From Clostridia bacterium (lineage in GTDB: Bacteria; Bacillota; Clostridia; Oscillospirales; Acutalibacteraceae), in contig JAGBAK010000130.1 of the NCBI GenBank assembly GCA_017938985.1, positions 9,263 to 73,262 on the forward strand: a stretch of DNA of 64,000 nucleotides. The letters are read 5' to 3'. The notes beneath the pieces were generated by a model. It was not told the DNA's origin. It saw only the letters and a list, made by a program, of their open reading frames with translations, and did no database searches. Below are positions 56,076 through 64,000 of this stretch, piece after piece (within the stretch, counting starts at the first letter, position 1; each line of letters starts with the position of its first letter). The translations under genes were made by a program, and so were the position numbers.

Positions 56076-57287
56076 TCAGCTGATAACAGGAATAAATGCG
56101 TTGTGAACAGCTTCAACTGCCTTGTCGGCATCCTTAGCGTCAATGAGAACGGAAATTTTGATTTCGCTTGTTGCGATCATCTGGATGTTGATATCAGCCT
56201 CGAAGAGAGCTTCAAACATTGTTGAAGCAACGCCGGGATGGGTTTCCATACCTGCGCCTACAACTGAAACCTTTGCAACGTCGGTGTCGCAAACGATGTC
56301 GAGACCTGCTGTGAGGTCAAGAGCTTTGAGAATGGCAACAGCTTCTTCGCCGTGTGACTTTGCAACGGTGAATGTGATATCCTTTGTGTCGCCTCTGCCA
56401 ACGGACTGAAGAATGATATCAACGTTGATATTCTTGGCGGCAAGCTTGCCGAAAATTTTATAAGCAATACCGGGAACGTTGGAAACGCCGATGATTGAAA
56501 TTCTTGCAACATCGGCATCCTTTGTTACGCCTCTTACGAGCATTTTTTCCATGGTGGTGACCTCCTTAACGATTGTGCCGGGTGCGCGAACAAGGCTTGA
56601 AAGCACCTCAAGCGTTACATTGTATTTTTTAGCCATTTCTACCGAACGGTTGTTGAGAACCTGTGCGCCGAGAGTTGCAAGTTCAAGCATCTCGTCATAA
56701 GTGATTTCGCTGAGCTTTTGAGCGCCCTTAACTTTTCTGGGGTCAGCGGTGTAAACGCCTTCAACGTCGGTGAAAATCTGGCAGCGGTCTGCGTGCATTG
56801 AAGCTGCAATTGCAACTGCGCTTGTGTCGGAGCCGCCTCTGCCGAGGGTTGTAATATCGTCATATTTGTTCAGACCCTGGAAGCCTGCAACAATAACGAT
56901 GTTCTTTTTGCCGATTTCAAGCTTGATGCGCTCTGCGTTAACCTTTTTGATTCTTGCAGTGCCGTAAGCTGAGTTGGTTGAGAATCCTGCCTGCCAGCCA
57001 AGAAGAGAACAAACGGGATAGCCGAGCTTTTCGATAGCCATTGCAAGAAGAGCAATTGAAATCTGTTCGCCTGAAGCAAGGAGCATATCCATTTCTCTTT
57101 TGGAAGCATTGGGGTTAATCTCTTTTGCCTTTTCGATAAGGTCGTCTGTTGTGTCGCCCTGTGCAGAAACAACAACAACAACGTCGTTGCCCTCTTTATA
57201 GGTATCTGTAACAATTCGGGCAACATTCATAACTCTTTCGGCATTGGCAACGGAGCTGCCGCCGAACTTCTGAACAATGAGTGCCAT
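56076..57287 (-). CDS. lysC: Aspartate kinase (alpha subunit; internal beta start at 56552)
   Basis: QKFGGSS, VVSAQG, TLGRGGSD, TDVEGVYTADPR and two ACT domains. Confidence 0.95.
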   Translation of the reverse strand: MALIVQKFGGSSVANAERVMNVARIVTDTYKEGNDVVVVVSAQGDTTDDLIEKAKEINPNASKREMDMLLASGEQISIALLAMAIEKLGYPVCSLLGWQAGFSTNSAYGTARIKKVNAERIKLEIGKKNIVIVAGFQGLNKYDDITTLGRGGSDTSAVAIAASMHADRCQIFTDVEGVYTADPRKVKGAQKLSEITYDEMLELATLGAQVLNNRSVEMAKKYNVTLEVLSSLVRAPGTIVKEVTTMEKMLVRGVTKDADVARISIIGVSNVPGIAYKIFGKLAAKNINVDIILQSVGRGDTKDITFTVAKSHGEEAVAILKALDLTAGLDIVCDTDVAKVSVVGAGMETHPGVASTMFEALFEADINIQMIATSEIKISVLIDAKDADKAVEAVHNAFIPVIS

Positions 57288-57306
57288 AAGAAACCTCCAT
57301 TAGGGA

Positions 57307-58545
57307 TTAATAGTCTGTGATTCTGATAATTGATTCGGCTGTTGCGCCTGTGAAAGCGGCAAGCTTATCTGCAAGCTCTTTTTCGCTGAGTGTTGCGGTA
57401 ACAAAAGCGAATTCGCCGTCGGGTGCGTCTGCTCTTGTGAGCATTGAAACTTCGCCGAATGCCTTGTTGACCTGAACGAGTGCGGCAGCCGCATCGTCGG
57501 CGGTCATACGGATATAGAAGCTTGACTTTGTGTCAAGATAGTTTGCAACGTAGCCGTCCTCGCTGTCCTGCCAGCCGAAGAACTTTTTGCCGTTCATATG
57601 TCTTGCGCAGTCAATAACGTCTGCAACAACGGCGCTTGCTGTGGGCATTGCGCCTGCACCCTTACCGTAGAACACAACGTCGCCGATTGCATCGCCTCTG
57701 ACAAGAATTGCGTTGAAAACGTCGTCAACGCTTGCAAGCTGGCTGTGATTCTGAACGAAAGCGGGAGAAACCATAACGGCAACTCTGTTATCCTCAAGAA
57801 GCTTTGCTCTTGCAATGAGCTTGATAACGCCGCCCCATACTCTTGCATATTCTACGTCTGCAAGGGTAATTTTGCGGATACCTTCGGTGTAAACCGAATC
57901 GGGATAAACGTGTTTGCCGAAGCAGAGGGCAGCAAGAATGCAGATTTTTCTGCAAGCGTCAAAGCCGTCAACGTCTGCGGAGGGGTCACGCTCGGCATAA
58001 CCGTTTCTCTGAGCAAGAAGCAGAGCTTCGTCAAAGGTCATACCGTCGCTTATCATTTTTGTGAGAATGAAATTGGTAGTGCCGTTGAGGATACCTGCAA
58101 TTTCATCAATATCGTTTGCGGCGAGGCACTGGCTGATGGGACGGATAATCGGAATACCGCCGCCAACGCTTGCTTCAAACAGGAAGTTAACATCATTTTC
58201 TTCTGCAACCTTAAGAAGCTCGCAGCCTTTTGCCGCAACAAGCTCTTTGTTTGAGGTCACAACGTGCTTGCCTGCCTTGAGGCTTGCAAGAACGTATTCA
58301 TAAGCAGGGTGAAGACCGCCCATGGTTTCAACAACAATTTTAACCTCGTCATCTTCAACTATTTTTGCAAAGTCAGAAATAACGAGATGCTCGTAGGGAT
58401 CGCCGGGGAACGTGCGGCGGTCAAGAATATATTTAAGTTCCATAACATCCTGCATACTTTTTTTGAGGATATGTTCATGGTTCTTTTTAAGAAGGCTTGC
58501 TACGCCGGAGCCGACAACTCCGTAACCCATAATGGCAACGTACAT
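57307..58545 (-). CDS. hom: Homoserine dehydrogenase
   Basis: GYGVVGSG, VVTSNK, FEASVGGGIP, GILNGTTNFIL and GKGAGAMPTASAV. Confidence 0.95.
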   Translation of the reverse strand: MYVAIMGYGVVGSGVASLLKKNHEHILKKSMQDVMELKYILDRRTFPGDPYEHLVISDFAKIVEDDEVKIVVETMGGLHPAYEYVLASLKAGKHVVTSNKELVAAKGCELLKVAEENDVNFLFEASVGGGIPIIRPISQCLAANDIDEIAGILNGTTNFILTKMISDGMTFDEALLLAQRNGYAERDPSADVDGFDACRKICILAALCFGKHVYPDSVYTEGIRKITLADVEYARVWGGVIKLIARAKLLEDNRVAVMVSPAFVQNHSQLASVDDVFNAILVRGDAIGDVVFYGKGAGAMPTASAVVADVIDCARHMNGKKFFGWQDSEDGYVANYLDTKSSFYIRMTADDAAAALVQVNKAFGEVSMLTRADAPDGEFAFVTATLSEKELADKLAAFTGATAESIIRITDY

Positions 58546-58746
58546 CAAACGCACTTCCTTTCTTAAAAAATAATAATTGCATATATATTAACATACTTTT
58601 TCAAAATAATAAAGAGAAAAAAGAAAGTTTGTTAAAAATTTATGTATTTTTACTAAGATTAATTGCCTTTTTATTCAAAATGGTGTAAACTGTTTTTTAT
58701 CGTTACGGAAATGCTTGTTTCCGGGCGTGTCAGGAGGTGTAAATAG

Positions 58747-59988
58747 GTGAATGTAATTGAAAAAAGACGAACAACGCTCATTAACGTTGCATATTTTGCA
58801 GTGCTTGCAACAGGCTATTACCTGTTTATGAAATATGCGCTTGACCTTGTTGCTCCGTTTGTTTTTGCGTTTCTGATTGCTCTTATGCTTCAGAACCCGA
58901 TAAGAAAGATTTCGCAAAAAACAAAGCTTCCCCAAAAACCGGTGGCTATCGGCGTTGCCGTTTTGCTGGTTGCCGTGCTTGTGGGCTTGGTTGTTTTTGT
59001 TGGCTACAAGCTTTTTATCGAATTCAGAGATTTTGTGGATTTTGTCGGATACAAGCTCAGCAATCTGCCGCAGACCATCGAATCCATACGTTTATGGCTT
59101 CTTGATGCGATTGAGTTTCTGCCGGCAAAAGCAGAAGCTTCATTAGCTGAATCCATAAACGGAATTTCGTCTGAACTTATCAAGAGCACGTCTGAGCACG
59201 GTATTGCCGGCCTTGGCGGTGAAGAAGGCATCGGCGGCATTGCCGGCAAAATAGACTTGTCAATGCTGCAAGGACCTATCGGCGGTATTTTTGCTGCCGC
59301 AAAAAGAATTCCGTGGGTTCTTACTGCAATGCTTATCAGCGTTATTGCGTTTTTCTTTGTCACAACCGACTACGATAACATTGTAGGTATGATAAAGAGA
59401 AATGTTTCCCAAAAAAATGAATATGCACTTGTAAAAGCCAAAAATCTTTTCAGCAACGTTATCGGCAAGATGGTCAAATCGTATGCAACAATCATCTTTA
59501 TCACGTTCACTGAGGTTGCAATCGGACTTAATCTGATGCAGCTTTTTGACGTTTATAAGGGCTCGCACATCATTGTAATTTCATTAATAACTGCGCTTGT
59601 TGATATTATACCTGTTCTGGGAACGGGCACCGTTGTCATTCCCTGGGCGATTTACTCTTTTATTATGGGTGATACGCCTTTTGCCATAGGTTTGGTTATT
59701 CTCTATGTTATTATAACGGTTATCCGTCAGGTGCTTGAACCCAAACTTGTTGCTATGAACGTTGGTGTTCATCCGATTCTTACTCTGTCAGGTATGTACG
59801 TCGGCGCACAGCTTTTCGGTGTTATAGGTCTTTTTGCTGTTCCCATTACCCTTGTTCTTCTCAAAGCACTTAACCAGGAGGGCATTATACATCTCTGGGG
59901 CAGGGTAAAAGAAGGGGAAGAAGTAAAAAAGGAAGAAATTGCCGAAGATACCGACAAAATTGTTGTTAAGCAGGATAAACAAGGCTGA
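58747..59988 (+). CDS. ytvI: Sporulation integral membrane protein YtvI (AI-2E family)
   Basis: APFVFAFLIA, VDIIPVLGTG, RQVLEPK and VGVHP. Confidence 0.85.
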   Translation: MNVIEKRRTTLINVAYFAVLATGYYLFMKYALDLVAPFVFAFLIALMLQNPIRKISQKTKLPQKPVAIGVAVLLVAVLVGLVVFVGYKLFIEFRDFVDFVGYKLSNLPQTIESIRLWLLDAIEFLPAKAEASLAESINGISSELIKSTSEHGIAGLGGEEGIGGIAGKIDLSMLQGPIGGIFAAAKRIPWVLTAMLISVIAFFFVTTDYDNIVGMIKRNVSQKNEYALVKAKNLFSNVIGKMVKSYATIIFITFTEVAIGLNLMQLFDVYKGSHIIVISLITALVDIIPVLGTGTVVIPWAIYSFIMGDTPFAIGLVILYVIITVIRQVLEPKLVAMNVGVHPILTLSGMYVGAQLFGVIGLFAVPITLVLLKALNQEGIIHLWGRVKEGEEVKKEEIAEDTDKIVVKQDKQG

Positions 59989-60199
59989 AAACAAAGAAAA
60001 TTTCTTAATTAGACTTAAATTTTAATAAAAAATCACAAAAAAATTATTGAAATGGTAAAACTTTTGTGATATAATCACATTTAATGTGGCACTTTAATTC
60101 GTTGAAATTAAAACACTGAAATTTTTACTGCCAAAGGCAGTTTCGCCGTAAAGCAAAAAGATTTTTGTTTTGCAGTGCGTATTTAAGGAGGAAAATCTT

Positions 60200-62251
60200 T
60201 TGAAAGCCTACAGTGCAAAAGACATCAGAAACATCGTTCTCGCCGGTCACAGCGGCAGAGGTAAAACAACTCTTGCAGAAGCTATGCTTTACATTTCCGG
60301 TGCAACAGACAGACTCGGCAGAGTTGCTGACGGCAACACTGTTCTTGACTTTGATGCAGAAGAAAAAAGACGTAAGACTTCAATAGCTTCGGCTGTTGCT
60401 TCTTTTGAATGGAAAAATACAAAAATCAATATCATCGACACTCCCGGTCTCTTTGACTTTGCAGGCGGTATGAGCGAAGGTATGCGTGCAGCAGGCGCAG
60501 CTCTTATCGTTCTTGCTTCAGGCAGCACACTTGACGTTGGCGCTGAAAAGGCTTATAAGGCTGCTACCGAAAGAGGCATCAACAAGATGTTTGCAATCAC
60601 ACGCTGCGACGGTGAAAATGCACACTTCTACAAGACATTTGATTCTCTTCAGGAAGAATACGGCAACAAGATTTGCCCCGTTGTTGTTCCTTATGTTGAA
60701 GGCGACAAGGTTGTTTCCTACGTTGACTTCTCACGTAACGAAGCTTTCTCATACAAAGACGGCAAGCGTTCAGACGCTCCCATGCCCGAAAATGACGAAA
60801 GAACAAACAGAATGAAGGAAGCTTTCATCGAAGCGGTTGCAAGTGCTGACGAAGATCTTATGATGAAGTTCTTTGACGGCGAAGAGCTTACCGATGAAGA
60901 AATCGACAGAGGTCTTAAGACCGGTATCCTTGCCGGCGACATCTGCCCTGTTTATGCTTGCTCAGGTTATCAGCTTGAAGCGGTTGACCTTATCAACAAC
61001 AGCATCGTTCAGTCCGCTCCCGACGCAGCTTCAGTTGCATCCGAAGGCGACCTTACCTGCGATGAAAACGGCGACCTTGCAGCTATCTGCTTCAAGACCG
61101 TTGCTGACCCCTTTGTTGGTAAGATGTCATATTTCAAGGTTATTTCAGGTAAAATCACTCCCGATACACCCGCTTATAACGAGCGTACAGGCGAAACCGA
61201 AAGAATGGGTAAACTTCTCTTCCCCAAGGGCGGCAAGCAGGAAGAAGCTCCCGCTATTGTTGCAGGTGACATCGGCGTTATCACAAAGCTTTCAGGCTTC
61301 AAGACAGGCGACACACTCTGCTCACCCAAGAAGCCTTTCCAGCTTAAGGGCGTGAACTTCCCCAACCCCTGCCTTCCCATGGCTGTTAAGGCTAAGAAGA
61401 AGGGTGAAGAAGATAAGATTGCCGCAGGTCTCAACAGACTCGCAGAAGAAGATCTTACAATCGCTTACACAACAAACGTTGAAACCAAGGAACAGATTAT
61501 CACAGGTCTCGGCGAACAGCATCTTGATTCCGTTGTTACAAAGCTCAAGAATAAGTTCGGCGTTGAAGTTGACCTGAGCGTTCCCAGAGTTGCATACAGA
61601 GAAACCATCAGCAAGAAAGTTGCTGTTCAGGGCAGACATAAGAAACAGTCAGGCGGCAGCGGCCAGTTCGGTGACGTTTGGATTGAATTTGAACATATCG
61701 AAGGCGACAGCTTTGAATTTGCGGAAAGAGTTGTTGGCGGCTCCGTTCCCAAGAACTTCTTCCCCGCAGTTGAAAAGGGTCTTCGCGAAGCTATTCTCAA
61801 GGGTCCCCTTGCAGGTTATCCCGTTGTTGGTCTGAGAGCTACTCTTTATGACGGTTCATCACACCCCGTTGACTCAAACGAAATGGCATTCAAGATGGCT
61901 GCCAAGATTGCTTATAAGAACGGTATGCCTCAGGCTAATCCCAAGCTTCTTGAACCCTACGGCTCACTCAAGGCTTATATGCCCGGCGACAATCTCGGCG
62001 ATATCATGGGCGATATCACAAAGAGAAGAGGCCGCGTTCTTGGTATGGGTCCCTGCGAAGACGATCCCAAGATGCAGGAGCTTGTAGCTGAAGTTCCCAT
62101 GGCAGAAATGGGCGATTTCGCAACAGTTCTCCGTTCCGTAACAATCGGCAGAGGCTATTTCTCATTCGAGTTTGACCACTATGAAGCAGCTCCCGAAATG
62201 GTTGCATCAAAGGTTATCGAAGAAGCAAAGGCTCTTGCAGAAGACGAATAA
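60200..62251 (+). CDS. fusA: Elongation factor G paralogue (EF-G2/FusA2 class)
   Basis: GHSGRGKT, DTPG, and domains II-V (KKQSGGSGQFG, DGSSHPVDS). Divergent G2 RKTSI, G3 DTPGL and G4 TRCD. TTG start after AAGGAGG; not in the str operon. Confidence 0.88.
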   Translation: MKAYSAKDIRNIVLAGHSGRGKTTLAEAMLYISGATDRLGRVADGNTVLDFDAEEKRRKTSIASAVASFEWKNTKINIIDTPGLFDFAGGMSEGMRAAGAALIVLASGSTLDVGAEKAYKAATERGINKMFAITRCDGENAHFYKTFDSLQEEYGNKICPVVVPYVEGDKVVSYVDFSRNEAFSYKDGKRSDAPMPENDERTNRMKEAFIEAVASADEDLMMKFFDGEELTDEEIDRGLKTGILAGDICPVYACSGYQLEAVDLINNSIVQSAPDAASVASEGDLTCDENGDLAAICFKTVADPFVGKMSYFKVISGKITPDTPAYNERTGETERMGKLLFPKGGKQEEAPAIVAGDIGVITKLSGFKTGDTLCSPKKPFQLKGVNFPNPCLPMAVKAKKKGEEDKIAAGLNRLAEEDLTIAYTTNVETKEQIITGLGEQHLDSVVTKLKNKFGVEVDLSVPRVAYRETISKKVAVQGRHKKQSGGSGQFGDVWIEFEHIEGDSFEFAERVVGGSVPKNFFPAVEKGLREAILKGPLAGYPVVGLRATLYDGSSHPVDSNEMAFKMAAKIAYKNGMPQANPKLLEPYGSLKAYMPGDNLGDIMGDITKRRGRVLGMGPCEDDPKMQELVAEVPMAEMGDFATVLRSVTIGRGYFSFEFDHYEAAPEMVASKVIEEAKALAEDE

Positions 62252-62259
62252 TTAAAATG

Positions 62260-62289
62260 ACAGCCGAAGCAGAAATGCTTCGGCTGTTT
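62260..62289 (+). terminator. Terminator after the fusA paralogue
   Basis: ACAGCCGAAGCA-GAAA-TGCTTCGGCTGT-TT. Confidence 0.8.
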
Positions 62290-62309
62290 AATATATCAAC
62301 ATAATTCTC

Positions 62310-62338
62310 TTGACATAGTACAATCTTTTTGATAAAAT
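62310..62338 (+). promoter_or_regulatory. Sigma-A promoter of tRNA-Arg
   Basis: TTGACA, 17 bp, TAAAAT with TGn. Confidence 0.75.
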
Positions 62339-62365
62339 TGTTTTCGCTGTCAGAACAGAATATCT

Positions 62366-62440
62366 GCCCCCTTAGTTAAATGGATATAATAAATCCCTCC
62401 TAAGGATTAGTTATGCGTTCGATTCGCGTAGGGGGTGCCA
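62366..62440 (+). tRNA. tRNA-Arg (anticodon CCT)
   Basis: Acceptor GCCCCCT/AGGGGGT, anticodon arm AATCC-CT-CCT-AA-GGATT, TTCGA T-loop and encoded CCA; followed by the terminator CTCCGACGA/TCGTCGGAG. Confidence 0.95.
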
Positions 62441-62546
62441 GTCTCCGACGATATTTCGTCGGAGCTTTTTCTTTTATGCGGTTGATTTGCGTTGCTATAT
62501 ATAATATAATGACAAGGTAAATATCCGCCTTGAAAGGATGATAAAA

Positions 62547-64000
62547 ATGAAACTCAGAGCCCCTGCAATTCCGCTTGTCACCATTGACCCGTTTATTTCA
62601 ATCTGGTCATCGGATTCGTGCCTTAACCACAACGAAACCGAGCACTGGACAGGCACCGAAAACTCTGTTATCGGCATAGCCGAAATCGACGGTGAAAAGC
62701 GCCTTTTTCTCGGTTACAACAGAGATATAATAAAGATGAAGCAGACGTCGCTTGATATTGATGCTCTGTCAACAACCGCAGTTTTTGAAAACGAGAAAGC
62801 AATCATTAAGGTTAAATTCCTCACACCGCTCATTCCCGATGATTACCGTCTGCTTACCCGTCCTGTTTCGTATATTGAGGTTGAATATCAATCAAACGAC
62901 GGCGCTGAGCACGACGTAAAAATCAGCATTTCAGCAAGTGAAAAAATCTGCCTTGACGAAGAAATTGACAGTCCCGTTATTACGGAAAACATAAACCGCA
63001 ACGGTCTGTGCATTATGAAAATGGGCAACGAAAACCAGAAACCGCTCAACAGAAGCGGCGACCAGGTGAGAATTGACTGGGGATATCTTTATCTTGCATC
63101 CGACAGTGCCGAAGCAATGGGCAGGGAGATTGAGGTTTTCGGCGACACTCAGATTGAAATTTCTGCCCCGATAAAAGAAAATCAGCCGCTTATGTTTTAT
63201 TTTGCGTATGATGATATTGAGAGTATTGAATATTTTGGCAAGCATCTTCGTTCATATTGGAACAAAGACGGTCAGAATATACTTGATGCAATTGCAGAGG
63301 CCGCAGAGGAATATGGCGTTTTGAATGAACGCTGCACCGCTTTTTCAAAAAAGCTTTACGACGATGCTTTTGCTGCAGGCGGCGAAAAATATGCAGAGCT
63401 TCTTTCGCTTGCATACCGTCAGGTTATTGCCGCTCATAAGCTTGTGCTTGATGAAAACGGTGACGTTCTTTACGTTTCAAAGGAATGCAACTCCAACGGC
63501 TGTGCCGCAACGGTTGACGTTTCTTATCCCTCAACCCCGATGTATCTTCTCTATAACCCCGAGCTTGTCAAGGGTATGATGCGTCCTGTTTATAAATATG
63601 CAGAGAGCGACGCCTGGAAGTTTGATTTTGCGCCGCACGACGTTGGTCAGTATCCTCTTCTCAACGGTCAGGTTTACGGCGACAATCAGGAAAAATGGCA
63701 GATGCCCGTTGAAGAATGCGGCAATATGCTTGTTATGGAAGCAAACGTTGCTCTTGCAACAGGTAGTGCGGATTTTGCCGCAAAGCATATCGGTTTGCTT
63801 GAAAAATGGTGCCGTTACCTCATCGAATACGGTGCAGACCCCGGCCATCAGCTTTGCACCGACGATTTTGCAGGTCATCTTGCTCACAATTGCAACCTTT
63901 CTCTTAAAGCCGTTATGGGCTTGCAGGGAATGTCGATAATCACCGGAATGCTCGGCGATGCCGAAAAGAGCGCATTTTACAGAGCAGAGGCGGAGAAGAT
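62547..64000 (+). CDS. Glutaminase A (GtaA)-like DUF5127/DUF4965 protein, truncated by the window edge (not in the ORF track)
   Basis: RBS GAAAGGA; MKLRAPAIPLVTIDPFISIWS, RIDWGY, SKECNSNGCAATVDVSYP, APHDVGQYP, MPVEECGNM and TDDFAG. Confidence 0.85.
   Translation, partial: MKLRAPAIPLVTIDPFISIWSSDSCLNHNETEHWTGTENSVIGIAEIDGEKRLFLGYNRDIIKMKQTSLDIDALSTTAVFENEKAIIKVKFLTPLIPDDYRLLTRPVSYIEVEYQSNDGAEHDVKISISASEKICLDEEIDSPVITENINRNGLCIMKMGNENQKPLNRSGDQVRIDWGYLYLASDSAEAMGREIEVFGDTQIEISAPIKENQPLMFYFAYDDIESIEYFGKHLRSYWNKDGQNILDAIAEAAEEYGVLNERCTAFSKKLYDDAFAAGGEKYAELLSLAYRQVIAAHKLVLDENGDVLYVSKECNSNGCAATVDVSYPSTPMYLLYNPELVKGMMRPVYKYAESDAWKFDFAPHDVGQYPLLNGQVYGDNQEKWQMPVEECGNMLVMEANVALATGSADFAAKHIGLLEKWCRYLIEYGADPGHQLCTDDFAGHLAHNCNLSLKAVMGLQGMSIITGMLGDAEKSAFYRAEAEK

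Noticed and set aside
58546-58746. Lysine riboswitch or T-box upstream of hom-lysC (or of ddh)
   Set aside because: The spacers are short and AT-rich, with no recognisable aptamer or T-box motif.
62366-62546. Genomic island integrated at tRNA-Arg
   Set aside because: The tRNA is followed by its terminator and a host-like gene; no integrase or att duplication is visible in this window.

Overview
A 64 kb chromosomal stretch from a spore-forming clostridial Firmicute. The gene content (ytvI, pdaA-like, ddh, rpmG-secE-nusG-rplK-rplA-rplJ-rplL) and GGAGG/GAAAGGA ribosome-binding sites suggest a gut Oscillospirales-like lineage; this is inferred. I see no transposase, integrase, prophage or CRISPR array. 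Housekeeping genes include mfd, glgP, tadA, zapA, a U32 protein, ddh, the ribosomal/secE/nusG block, truB, galU, prfB, lysC, hom, an EF-G2-type fusA paralogue and tRNA-Arg(CCT). These are interspersed with many secreted or lipoprotein genes and several small ORFs below the ORF-track cut-off. The strongest candidate for an undescribed system is the minus-strand operon at 13537-18888. It encodes a tandem SCP2-like protein, a FumI-type class III aminotransferase, a split transketolase whose D469- and R358-equivalent residues are both Ala, a 56-aa hydrophobic peptide and a second tandem SCP2-like protein. Together these suggest interconversion of long-chain 2-amino-1,3-diols (sphingoid bases) and fatty aldehydes without serine palmitoyltransferase or S1P lyase. 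This is a hypothesis drawn from motifs and recalled family knowledge; no searches were run. Also notable: two tandem secreted LCAT/lipase-like paralogues, a four-gene 3-keto-glycoside (Gul/Lgd-like) cluster near a GH4 gene, two families of intergenic palindromic elements found in the same order in two operons, amphipathic micropeptides, and a mosaic CFI-box-CTERM gene.
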